From the IMG/VR virus record IMGVR_UViG_3300009481_005157: a stretch of DNA of 20,000 nucleotides. One strand, 5' to 3'. This stretch comes from an uncultured virus (IMG/VR IMGVR_UViG_3300009481_005157). Lineage: Duplodnaviria > Heunggongvirae > Uroviricota > Caudoviricetes. Positions 1-7,951 of this stretch are shown here, piece by piece (positions within the stretch are counted from its first letter, which is position 1; every line of letters begins with the position of its first letter). The translations under genes were made by a program, and so were the position numbers. Below the pieces are notes generated by a model. It saw only the letters and a program-made list of their open reading frames with translations. It had not been told where the DNA came from and did no database searches.

Positions 1-3000
1 AGCTTGCATTCCTTCAGTGATCGCTGCTTCCTTCTTCGCGTCGGCCACCTGCGTGCTTTCTTGTTGAGACGCATGTACATAAGTGGCCATATCATCTGCG
101 TATGCTCCTTCGGCCTTCTTCTCCTGTTCCTTTTTGGCCTGTTCTTGCTCTTGTTTTCTCGCGTCCAGTTCTGCCGGGATGGTTATATTCTGCTGGGAAG
201 CCGCACCGGCCATCGCGCCTGCCGCCTCTTCGTCTGACAACTCGCCTCCACCTCCGGATGCGCCCTGTTCTTCAGCCGATTGCTTGGCTCCTGAAGCCCC
301 ATCTGCTAGACCCTCTAGCTCATCACCAGACTTTTTGCCCCATTTGTCTATTTTCTGTAAAGCAATAACCGTTGCGATAGCAATAGCAACCATTGCTGTG
401 AAAGCACTGACAGCTCTCTCAGCGGCTATAGTGATATTTGCTTGAGCATCAGATGCTTCTAAGCTCTTGTCTCCAAACTGGGATATGATACCATTAAGGC
501 CAGCGATAGCTGCCGAGAAAATCATTAGGCTGTTGCCCAAGCCGCCCATCATGCCGCCAACCCCTCCACCAGCGTTGAGCCGTTGGACTGCGCCACCCTT
601 AGCAAACCCTTGCACGCCCTTTTTGTTCATGCGGTTGAGATTAGAGGCACCTATAGAGGCTGCCGCTTTCTTGTTAAGAACGAACTCGCCCGGAGTTAGA
701 AGGGCGGGTACAGTGTCAGAAGCCGCGCCACCAGAAGCGAACTTTTTTGCCCCCGGCGCCGGTTTGGCAGATTTAATGAACCTTTTGTCAATGAATCTGT
801 CATAGTTTTCACCATCCATCTCGCCTACGAACTTTTTGGCGATAGCTGTATACTCAGTACCCTTGGCCTCCGGTTTTCCGTCAGCAGCTCTGACGTTTTT
901 AGAAATTTCTCCATATAAAAGTTCAAGTCTATTTCTTGCATTTTTGTCGATATGTGGAAAGTCTAATCTCGCTCCTCCACCTGCAAGCGGAGCACCAGTC
1001 ACTTTACTTGTCAGACCTTCGTTAACATAGCCAGACACTGTGGCAACGGCGTCACTTTTTAGGCTTAGTAAATTATCCTCAAGAGATGTCTTAGCTTTTT
1101 CCTTGTCAACATAGATTTTATTGCTTTTTTTGGTAATTGCTTCAACTGCCTCAGAAGCAAAACTGTCGTCAATAGCTTTCCTTAAGCCGTCCGATGAGGC
1201 TTCCTTAACCGCTTTATTGACGGTGCTAGTGACCTTTGAGTCTCCGTCGCCAAGAATAAGCCCCCGAAGCTTGCCGTTGATACCGATCCTGATCGATTCA
1301 GCAATATCACTTTTCTCTAAGGTGGAGTCATCTATGGCTTTTTTTATTTCCGATTCCGCTTGTTGCTTGCCTACCTTATTTTGTTTTGCGAGATTATCTC
1401 GAAGCTTTGTGCTTATTTTACCACCCTTGATAATTGGTGACTTATCAGACATGTTGATCACGTTAGCGAAATTTGGGCCACCTGCTGTAATTAGCGCTTC
1501 TTGCTGCTTCGCACCCGTCATAGATCCGAGTGTAGCCTCTTTGGTTTGTGCGAGTTGCGGTTGAGCAACATTTGCCATTCCACGCAATTTGGCAATAGCT
1601 TTAGGGTTGGAGATATGACCAAAGGCAGTCTTTTCCTTTGCTACACCGCTTCTGTCATCACCCTCGCTTGGCCTTAAAAAGAATCCAGCCAACCTGTCAT
1701 CTTGAAGTTGTACAACTGCCCCGCCACTAGCATAGCCCTTGGCGTTCATCTTGGAGAGGTTATTGGTCCCAAGCTTTTTAACGCTACTCTTTCTTATTAC
1801 AAACTCGCCCGGTTGTAGCATCGCGGGCACAGTATCTCGACTTCCGGTGCCGGGTACCACACCTCCTCTTGCGAAAGCCATGATCTTGCCGCCTTGAGCC
1901 TTGCCCTGAACACCCTTGATCGCTGAACCAATGCCCCTGCCAAAACCTCCTATGGCTCCAGCAAACTTGAATGCCGCTAATCCAGCCAAGAGTGGCAACA
2001 GTGGTTTGAGGGCATCAGCAACAGAGATAAGAGCATTTGCCAAGTTAAGGGCGGTCTTGACCATAGCTTGAAAAGCAGTGGTTTCTGAAATGCTACGAAT
2101 TAATGCGAGAAACTCTTCTTTGGTTTTCTGTATCTGAACAGCGAGAGCCTGTTGCGCAGTAGCTGCGTCTTTATCTAAACTGGAGGCACCAGCTATGGCG
2201 GCTTGCCTAGCTCTTTCAGCAGTCTCAAATTCCTGCAAAAGAGGAATAACCTTACCAATTTGACGGAAGCCACCAAGCTCTTCAGCAATCTGAATAAACT
2301 TTAAATCACCAGCGGGAACATCCGCCAGAGCCTTGCTCAGTCTTTTTACAGCTTCAAACGGACCAACAAATTTACCGTTCAGGTCTGTGAGGTTAACACC
2401 TAGATCTTTAAGGTACTGAATGGTCGCAGGTCTTTGAATACGCGTAAGAATAGTACGCAAACCTGTAGCAATGGATTCTGCACTTTCACGAGTCGTAGCA
2501 CGAATAGATGTGAAAAGGCCCAAGAATTCATTGAGATCGCCACCAGCAGCTTTAAAGACACCACCAGTACGACGAATAGCACCAATAAGGTCGCCAGACT
2601 CAACAGCAAACTGGCCCGCAACGGCATTGATAGCACCAAGCTGATCTTTTAGCTTGCCAACTCCTTGCCCAAACTGAGCCAGAATAGCAACAGCACCTTC
2701 AGCGGTTTTATTGATGTCTTCAAAGGTAGGCGCAAGAGTAGTCTTAGCAAGAGCGTCTAAAGCAACCTTGAGATCATTCGCTTGGATACCGGCCTGAGCT
2801 AAGATTCTGGTAGCACCCAGAAGTTCCTTGGAAGAAGTGCCAAGGCTGGTAGCGAGGCGGGTTATCTCTTGATTTAGCCCCTTAAGGCTGGCAACACTTT
2901 TACCTGTCACCTGAGATATCTTGACAATCTCGCGCTGGAAGTCTATGGCTTCACTGGTAGCATTAGCCATAGTATTAGTAAACAGGCTGACAGCCCTACT

Positions 3001-3246
3001 AGCTACCGTGAATGCGGCGAACCGCTTCAACGCCAGCCCAAAGGATTTACCCATATTATGAGCTGCGCTGGTAGCTTGATTGGTAGCTGCCGTTACCTGT
3101 TTAATTTGCTTCGTGGCTTTTGTGGCACCAGTAACCTGTACAGGCACAGAAATACCCTTTAGCTGCGCCTGCATTTGCCGCACAACTTGCTGGGTATTGG
3201 TAGGTGCCTGTAGTTTTAATTGTGCAGTCAGTACAAATTTAGACAT
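1..3246 (-). CDS. Tape measure protein, TP901-like core, 3'-partial (>1082 aa)
   Basis: Hand translation from ATG at 3246 (MSKFVLTAQLKLQAPTNTQQVVRQMQAQLKG...) stays open to base 1, so the ORF track misses it. It has an Ala/Leu-rich helical TMP core (DFQREIVKISQVTG...LAQAG...NAVAGQFAVESGDL...TTRESAESIATGLRTILTRI...LGVNL), hydrophobic segments and two GG...DTVPAxLxPGEFV motifs typical of TMPs. It lies downstream of the tail-tube and chaperone-like genes. Confidence 0.92.
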   Translation of the reverse strand, partial: MSKFVLTAQLKLQAPTNTQQVVRQMQAQLKGISVPVQVTGATKATKQIKQVTAATNQATSAAHNMGKSFGLALKRFAAFTVASRAVSLFTNTMANATSEAIDFQREIVKISQVTGKSVASLKGLNQEITRLATSLGTSSKELLGATRILAQAGIQANDLKVALDALAKTTLAPTFEDINKTAEGAVAILAQFGQGVGKLKDQLGAINAVAGQFAVESGDLIGAIRRTGGVFKAAGGDLNEFLGLFTSIRATTRESAESIATGLRTILTRIQRPATIQYLKDLGVNLTDLNGKFVGPFEAVKRLSKALADVPAGDLKFIQIAEELGGFRQIGKVIPLLQEFETAERARQAAIAGASSLDKDAATAQQALAVQIQKTKEEFLALIRSISETTAFQAMVKTALNLANALISVADALKPLLPLLAGLAAFKFAGAIGGFGRGIGSAIKGVQGKAQGGKIMAFARGGVVPGTGSRDTVPAMLQPGEFVIRKSSVKKLGTNNLSKMNAKGYASGGAVVQLQDDRLAGFFLRPSEGDDRSGVAKEKTAFGHISNPKAIAKLRGMANVAQPQLAQTKEATLGSMTGAKQQEALITAGGPNFANVINMSDKSPIIKGGKISTKLRDNLAKQNKVGKQQAESEIKKAIDDSTLEKSDIAESIRIGINGKLRGLILGDGDSKVTSTVNKAVKEASSDGLRKAIDDSFASEAVEAITKKSNKIYVDKEKAKTSLEDNLLSLKSDAVATVSGYVNEGLTSKVTGAPLAGGGARLDFPHIDKNARNRLELLYGEISKNVRAADGKPEAKGTEYTAIAKKFVGEMDGENYDRFIDKRFIKSAKPAPGAKKFASGGAASDTVPALLTPGEFVLNKKAAASIGASNLNRMNKKGVQGFAKGGAVQRLNAGGGVGGMMGGLGNSLMIFSAAIAGLNGIISQFGDKSLEASDAQANITIAAERAVSAFTAMVAIAIATVIALQKIDKWGKKSGDELEGLADGASGAKQSAEEQGASGGGGELSDEEAAGAMAGAASQQNITIPAELDARKQEQEQAKKEQEKKAEGAYADDMATYVHASQQESTQVADAKKEAAITEGMQA
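592..741 (-). repeat. TMP internal module, copy 2 (FASGGAASDTVPALLTPGEFVLNKKAAASIGASNLNRMNKKGVQGFAKGG)
   Basis: Aligns to copy 1 at 1720-1875 at protein level. The DNA also shares aactcgcccgg. Confidence 0.9.
1720..1875 (-). repeat. TMP internal module, copy 1 (FARGGVVPGTGSRDTVPAMLQPGEFVIRKSSVKKLGTNNLSKMNAKGYASGG)
   Basis: Direct translation; aligns to copy 2 at 592-741. Confidence 0.9.
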
Positions 3247-3280
3247 TTGATCTCTCTAAAATAATTGACTACACTCTCCG

Positions 3281-4132
3281 CTAGCTCTCCGTGGCGTCAG
3301 TTGCTTTTGTAGTTTTCTTTCTGGTCGTGGTTCTTTTCTTCTTTGGCTCAAGGTCGTTGTCGTAATCCACCAAGATGTAATTGCCATCTTCGTCCAGAGG
3401 AACCCCATCGGCATCGACCCTATTACCATCATCATCTAGAAAGTGACCAAGCTCATTTATGATCCTCCCCTCAGAATCGACGGTTGTCCCCTCGGAATTT
3501 ACGAGATTTCCCTCTACATCCGTTAGATTGAACATCGACAACCATTTATTTTCAGGCAGGTTCTTCTCGAAATCTGAGTCAAGATTATAGAGAATATTGC
3601 CTAACATGGATGCTGCTGCAAAGGCAATGCTGTCGTTGCTCTTTGTATTGTAGTCTTCCACACTATTATACACTCTTTTGTCGGAATCTTTAAAAAATGT
3701 ACAGGTAGCTACGAAGTAGTCAAACCTAGCGTTATCTGACAAGGCTTCAGCGGTATTTTCCTCTAAACCAAGCCTTTCTGAGATAAGCTCTCTAAGCTCA
3801 ATTCTAAGTTTACGCATCTCTAGGGCTAAATCCTTGCCCTCAGACACCTTTGGTCTTTTGCCGCCTTTTCCACGATAGAGGGTCTTCTCAAGATCAGTGA
3901 TCTCCTTACTGATGTCGCCCTCCTTGTCACTTTTGCTTTTATTCCAAATTCCCCTCTCTTCCATCAGGGTTTTAAGCTCTTTTTTTGTAATGATGTTATC
4001 CCTAATGCACTCATTCCAGCGTTTTGCCCTGTGAATGTCTGCTTTTGAGATAATCTCATTTGAAGGTTTAACTACGTAAATAGAAACCTTATCCCCATTA
4101 TCTAGTGTTACTTCTTGTTGTTGATTAGTCAT
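3281..4132 (-). CDS. Putative tail assembly chaperone-like protein (283 aa), paralog of 4500-5543
   Basis: Immediately upstream of the TMP. Helical and charged, with C-terminal 7-aa (D/N)xxG repeats and a basic tail. Function inferred from gene position. Confidence 0.5.
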   Translation of the reverse strand: MTNQQQEVTLDNGDKVSIYVVKPSNEIISKADIHRAKRWNECIRDNIITKKELKTLMEERGIWNKSKSDKEGDISKEITDLEKTLYRGKGGKRPKVSEGKDLALEMRKLRIELRELISERLGLEENTAEALSDNARFDYFVATCTFFKDSDKRVYNSVEDYNTKSNDSIAFAAASMLGNILYNLDSDFEKNLPENKWLSMFNLTDVEGNLVNSEGTTVDSEGRIINELGHFLDDDGNRVDADGVPLDEDGNYILVDYDNDLEPKKKRTTTRKKTTKATDATES

Positions 4133-4136
4133 ATTC

Positions 4137-4496
4137 CTAGTCCTCCTTAGTCTTAACTGGTATATTAATAGAGTATTTTAGCCACTTGACATCATACTGG
4201 TTTAATTCCGCATCTACATTTCTAGCCTGAGTATTACCTTTGTCTAATATTTCAGACCTAACCTTTTGAAATGTGTCATGCATTATCTTCTGCTCTGGCG
4301 ACAGATCCCCTCCGTCTTTATTTGTCCATAAAAAAGAAAAGTGTTCTTCGAGGGAACTAAGCGCCCCTATCATCGTGGTTTCAACCTTCTTTTTTAATAT
4401 TTTAGAGAGTCTAAATTTAGAGTCAGTCTTGTATCTTTCGTCTCTCTGGGCCTTGTATTCTTTCTGACTTCTGATCAATTCATTAAAGTCTTCCAT
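4137..4496 (-). CDS. Hypothetical phage protein (119 aa) in the tail chaperone region
   Basis: ORF separated by only 3-4 nt from both neighbours, with natural protein composition. No motif recognised. Confidence 0.75.
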   Translation of the reverse strand: MEDFNELIRSQKEYKAQRDERYKTDSKFRLSKILKKKVETTMIGALSSLEEHFSFLWTNKDGGDLSPEQKIMHDTFQKVRSEILDKGNTQARNVDAELNQYDVKWLKYSINIPVKTKED

Positions 4497-4499
4497 CTT

Positions 4500-5543
4500 T
4501 TATCTCCTAAATTTCTGTTTATATTGTTCGTTGCTCATCCTTTGTATTTCCAATTGCTTATCCAGCAACTGGTGGTCTTGAAGCGATCCCGCCTCCTGAA
4601 TTTGCTGCATCCTTTTTTCCTTTACTCTCCTTGAGTGGAAAGTATTAGCAGCGTCGATCTTTTTGGCCTCTTCCTTGTTATCAGTGAATACAAAAATCTC
4701 CTGTGAATTGGATATCTTTGAGTTGCTCGTCATGTCTTCCACTTCTGATACTAGCCTCTGCTTCTCTTGTTTCTTTCTTTGGATAATGAACCAGCCGTCA
4801 AGTAGATCATCATCCTTTAGGACATCCTCACCGGGGCACTCCTGCGATTCCTGAACATTATCATACATCCTAGACCAAATAGATATATTTCTTTGATCAA
4901 AAGTAATTTCTCTTTCTGGGCAATTGTAAAATAGCTTTTGTCCAGTATCTTGGTTCATAAGCCATACTGTGCGGAAAGGCTCTGTCCTAGAAAGCTCTCT
5001 CACATCTTGTTCGGATAAAAAGCTTCTTGATAAGGCAGTCCAAACTTTTGTGCCATCAATTGCTGAAAAATCACAAGGCTCACTGCCTAAAAAAGTGCAA
5101 CGCTTGATTTGCTCTAGGCATTTTTTTGTAAATGCCACACCCTCGCAGGTGTTCTCAAACATAGCATCTTTTTTGTTTTTCTGATCTACTATCGCCCTCT
5201 CTGTTGCCCTAAGATAGAGCCTAGCGGTTTCTCTCACTTCTTGCTTGTGTTTATTTTCAAACATTTGGACCTTAAGCTTTTCAATGTTGCTTTCTAGATC
5301 CTCAAGTTTTTTGTCGTCCTCTTCTGTCCAAAACTCCTTTTCGTACATCCAAAAAAGCATATCCTCATGCGTCATTACATCTTGCATAAAAGCTTCATCA
5401 TACGCTTCCTTGTAGGCATGATTTATAAAAAACTCGTCTTCCGCTGTGGGCGATAGAACCTTGAGCTTGAATTTCTCGTGGTCTAAAAAGTAAATACCAG
5501 TTCTAAGTCTAGATACAAAATACTCCCGCTCATGTTGCAGCAT
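4500..5543 (-). CDS. Putative tail assembly chaperone-like protein (~347 aa), paralog of 3281-4132 with a C-terminal extension
   Basis: First long gene after the tail tube. Start placed at ATG 5543 (GAGGT 8 nt upstream) rather than 5558. The N-terminal ~150 aa align to the 283-aa protein. Confidence 0.5.
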   Translation of the reverse strand: MLQHEREYFVSRLRTGIYFLDHEKFKLKVLSPTAEDEFFINHAYKEAYDEAFMQDVMTHEDMLFWMYEKEFWTEEDDKKLEDLESNIEKLKVQMFENKHKQEVRETARLYLRATERAIVDQKNKKDAMFENTCEGVAFTKKCLEQIKRCTFLGSEPCDFSAIDGTKVWTALSRSFLSEQDVRELSRTEPFRTVWLMNQDTGQKLFYNCPEREITFDQRNISIWSRMYDNVQESQECPGEDVLKDDDLLDGWFIIQRKKQEKQRLVSEVEDMTSNSKISNSQEIFVFTDNKEEAKKIDAANTFHSRRVKEKRMQQIQEAGSLQDHQLLDKQLEIQRMSNEQYKQKFRR

Positions 5544-5587
5544 AATCGCTAACCTCATGGCGGGAGCATATATATTTCATAATAAAG

Positions 5588-5699
5588 TCCTTTCCTGAAC
5601 CCGTTCTGCACTCGCTTTCCTAGTTTAGCTATCGCACGTTACGGGTTTCATCCAGTAGTAGTCAATTCCTACTACTATGAAGTTGGTTCTTCGTCAACT
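5588..5699 (-). ncRNA. Candidate structured RNA or leader: three adjacent hairpins with five GGA motifs
   Basis: Inverted repeats: aacccgt 5598-5604 / acgggtt 5641-5647 (inner tgc/gca and gct/agc pairs); agtagtag 5654-5661 / ctactact 5669-5676, extendable by ttcat/atgaa; agttg 5681-5685 / caact 5695-5699. This is the largest non-coding gap in the window. Confidence 0.45.
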
Positions 5700-5710
5700 A
5701 ATTTTCAAGT

Positions 5711-6901
5711 CTAGTCCTGATAGAATGTTCCGGTCGGGAACGTTGCAAGTGCATCTGCACCATTAAGTTCCTTAAGAACACCAAAGCCAATATATTTATT
5801 ATGGGAGTAATCTTGAACATCAAGCTCGTTGAAGTTCGTGTAACTGTAGCTACAGGTAGCATTACCACCAGTGGCGTCACCTCCACCATAACTCACGCTT
5901 GCGAGACGGTTTTTCTGACCTAAGTCAAAGGCATATCCAGCTCTGGTACACAAGAAGATATTTTCTTGAGATGTGTTATTACCAGAAGCATCAGTGTTGT
6001 TAAGATCCGGATCTCCAAACTCATAAGCATTTACAAAGTCACCAGACGTTGTAATAGCTTCAATCTCGCAGGTAACTTCGATTGGGAAGGTAGCTGGACG
6101 AGCGTATGGCGTTTTTCTACCAAGTTCCAAAATGTCTTCACGAGAGAAGTCAGTACTGACACTGAAGCTCTGAATGTGAACCCTGTTGTTACCAGTGCTG
6201 TTGTTGAAGGCATTTCCATAGCCGGAACCAAGAACGCCTTCGATACTTGTTGGAAGCATCGAGCCAGAGACGAATACATCTTCACGCTGTTGAATACCAC
6301 CAGAAGCGGTGATCGAACCACCGGGATGACCAGAAGTCAAAGCCGCTGGGAAGTCATTTCCGTCAAAGGCGTCAACCGCTGTGGCATTAAGCTTCTGATT
6401 AGCTACCAACCACTGCTTGTTATTACCAACTAGAGTGACAGATTCTGTCATACTTCCATCAGTCGGAACAGTATAGGAAATTGAGCTGATATACATACCA
6501 GACATGTAAACTTCAGCTTCTGCGGATGCGTTACCAGCACTAACGTTATTATGTGCGTCTGAGAAGATACCAAGTCTGACATCGCACCTAGACTTGGATC
6601 GTCCCACAAGACCTGAACCGGCGGGTGAGCCGTCAAGACCGTGAACACTAGCTAGGTGGTAGATCAGTGGCGATCCATCAAGAACTTTCTCCAACGTCAC
6701 CTCAACGTCGGGAGTACCTTCGATGTTTTCATAAATTTCGATCTGGCCAAGCTCAAAAGCCTGTTCCAAGTTGAAAGTGGTGTTTATGCCGACACTCTGG
6801 AGACCATGCACCATCTCAGCGGCGGTGACATTGCCACCATCCCCGTGACCGTGTATGCCAACAGCTTGTGTTGCATAAAATATTCTATCATTTAATGACA
6901 T
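5711..6901 (-). CDS. Major tail (tube) protein-like, tandem duplicated domain (396 aa)
   Basis: Located between the terminator-like and chaperone/TMP genes, with a strong SD (GAGGAG) and its own upstream motif. Beta-rich and acidic, with two QS...ELG...EVTxE segments resembling tail-tube folds. Confidence 0.7.
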   Translation of the reverse strand: MSLNDRIFYATQAVGIHGHGDGGNVTAAEMVHGLQSVGINTTFNLEQAFELGQIEIYENIEGTPDVEVTLEKVLDGSPLIYHLASVHGLDGSPAGSGLVGRSKSRCDVRLGIFSDAHNNVSAGNASAEAEVYMSGMYISSISYTVPTDGSMTESVTLVGNNKQWLVANQKLNATAVDAFDGNDFPAALTSGHPGGSITASGGIQQREDVFVSGSMLPTSIEGVLGSGYGNAFNNSTGNNRVHIQSFSVSTDFSREDILELGRKTPYARPATFPIEVTCEIEAITTSGDFVNAYEFGDPDLNNTDASGNNTSQENIFLCTRAGYAFDLGQKNRLASVSYGGGDATGGNATCSYSYTNFNELDVQDYSHNKYIGFGVLKELNGADALATFPTGTFYQD

Positions 6902-6934
6902 TTTTCTCTCCTCTAATGGAAAAAAGATTTTCTA

Positions 6935-6956
6935 TTAATTTATACACGAAAAACTT
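6935..6956 (-). promoter_or_regulatory. Putative phage late promoter AAGTTTTTcGTGTATAAAT
   Basis: Lies mostly in the gap upstream of the tail tube gene. Nearly identical to the motif at 16779-16800. Confidence 0.6.
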
Positions 6957-7947
6957 AAATATTTGATTTTATCAGCTCTGCGGTCATCCTCACGACGCCT
7001 CCAAAGACGTTGGAATCTACCATTTCCATCTGTTGGACGGAAGCTTTTGTGAGCCTCATTTTCCCCCCAAAAAACTGCTCCACTAAATCGGGATATCGAA
7101 GGGCACTTGGGGCGGGTACACCTCTATGATCTATAGGGAATTTACTGTTAGCATTTATCTTATTGCTATCGAACAGACACAGTGTTTTATCATTTTGCAA
7201 TGAAACTATATCTATTAGTTTATTCCTAGTGTATTCATCCTCTGCTATACAGTGGAAGATAACGTCTTGCCTTATCCATTGTCCACCGCCAAGCTGATAT
7301 CCCTGAAAAGTCCTGTTTGGAACAACTTCTACTGCTATCATAGGCAATTGAACCTTAGCCTCTTGTGGTACATTTACATCACCCTTTTCGTTTGTAAAGA
7401 AACCAGCGGCGAGGCTTAGGCTTTTTGTTTGTATTTCTTTTACCCAAGGTAAGTTATTCGCATAAACGACATTTATATACTTGTAGCTGTGCTCCGCCTG
7501 AACTTTTGACCCCGTGGGTATTGGGGAGTCAAAAACAATCCTTCCATTGAAGTAATCTACGTGGTGTGCGTAACTCCCCGTTGTGTCAGAGGCGTGAAAT
7601 GTGTCATCCACCCAAACCCCGGATATTCCGGGTTTTTCGTGGTTTGAACCAATAATCGGATTGTGGTATCCATCTACTCCGGAAATTCCACTTTGCCACA
7701 CCCAGTTTTCCCTAAATCCTTCCCAGACTTGACCTGCGGTAAAATTTTCGTTCTTAGAAAGTCTAAGTTTACTGTAGTCTTGGGAGTCTGGTGATTGCTC
7801 TCCTAACGTGCTGTTAAAGTAATTGTTCTTTTCAAGTAATGACCAGTCAAAGAACTCCACCAAGTTGTCTTGAATGTCATTGCTTGTTGTGTGTTGGTGT
7901 ACAGAGGTAAACCCCTTTAATGGTACGTGATATTTTGATATTCCCAT
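6955..7947 (-). CDS. Putative tail terminator / tail completion protein (330 aa)
   Basis: Directly upstream of the tail tube. C-terminal LPMIAVEV...YQLGG...DVIFHCIAEDEYTRNKLIDIV resembles tail-terminator folds, and there is an extra N-terminal beta domain. Confidence 0.55.
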   Translation of the reverse strand: MGISKYHVPLKGFTSVHQHTTSNDIQDNLVEFFDWSLLEKNNYFNSTLGEQSPDSQDYSKLRLSKNENFTAGQVWEGFRENWVWQSGISGVDGYHNPIIGSNHEKPGISGVWVDDTFHASDTTGSYAHHVDYFNGRIVFDSPIPTGSKVQAEHSYKYINVVYANNLPWVKEIQTKSLSLAAGFFTNEKGDVNVPQEAKVQLPMIAVEVVPNRTFQGYQLGGGQWIRQDVIFHCIAEDEYTRNKLIDIVSLQNDKTLCLFDSNKINANSKFPIDHRGVPAPSALRYPDLVEQFFGGKMRLTKASVQQMEMVDSNVFGGVVRMTAELIKSNI

Positions 7948-7951
7948 GTGT

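Noticed and set aside
4..2652. Plus-strand ORFs (4-237, 83-445, 102-368, 467-805, 836-1030, 1121-1564, 2434-2652) and minus ORF 2400-2639
   Set aside because: All lie within the uninterrupted minus-strand TMP frame (1-3246) and read as antisense or alternate-frame shadows.
4132..4505. Classical programmed G/GT frameshift between the chaperone-region genes
   Set aside because: The genes are separated by 3-4 nt, each with its own ATG, and I saw no convincing slippery heptamer near their ends.
5641..5699. Intrinsic terminator or hammerhead ribozyme after the tail tube gene
   Set aside because: No U-tract follows the stems on the coding strand, and CUGGAUGA does not match the hammerhead CUGANGA core.
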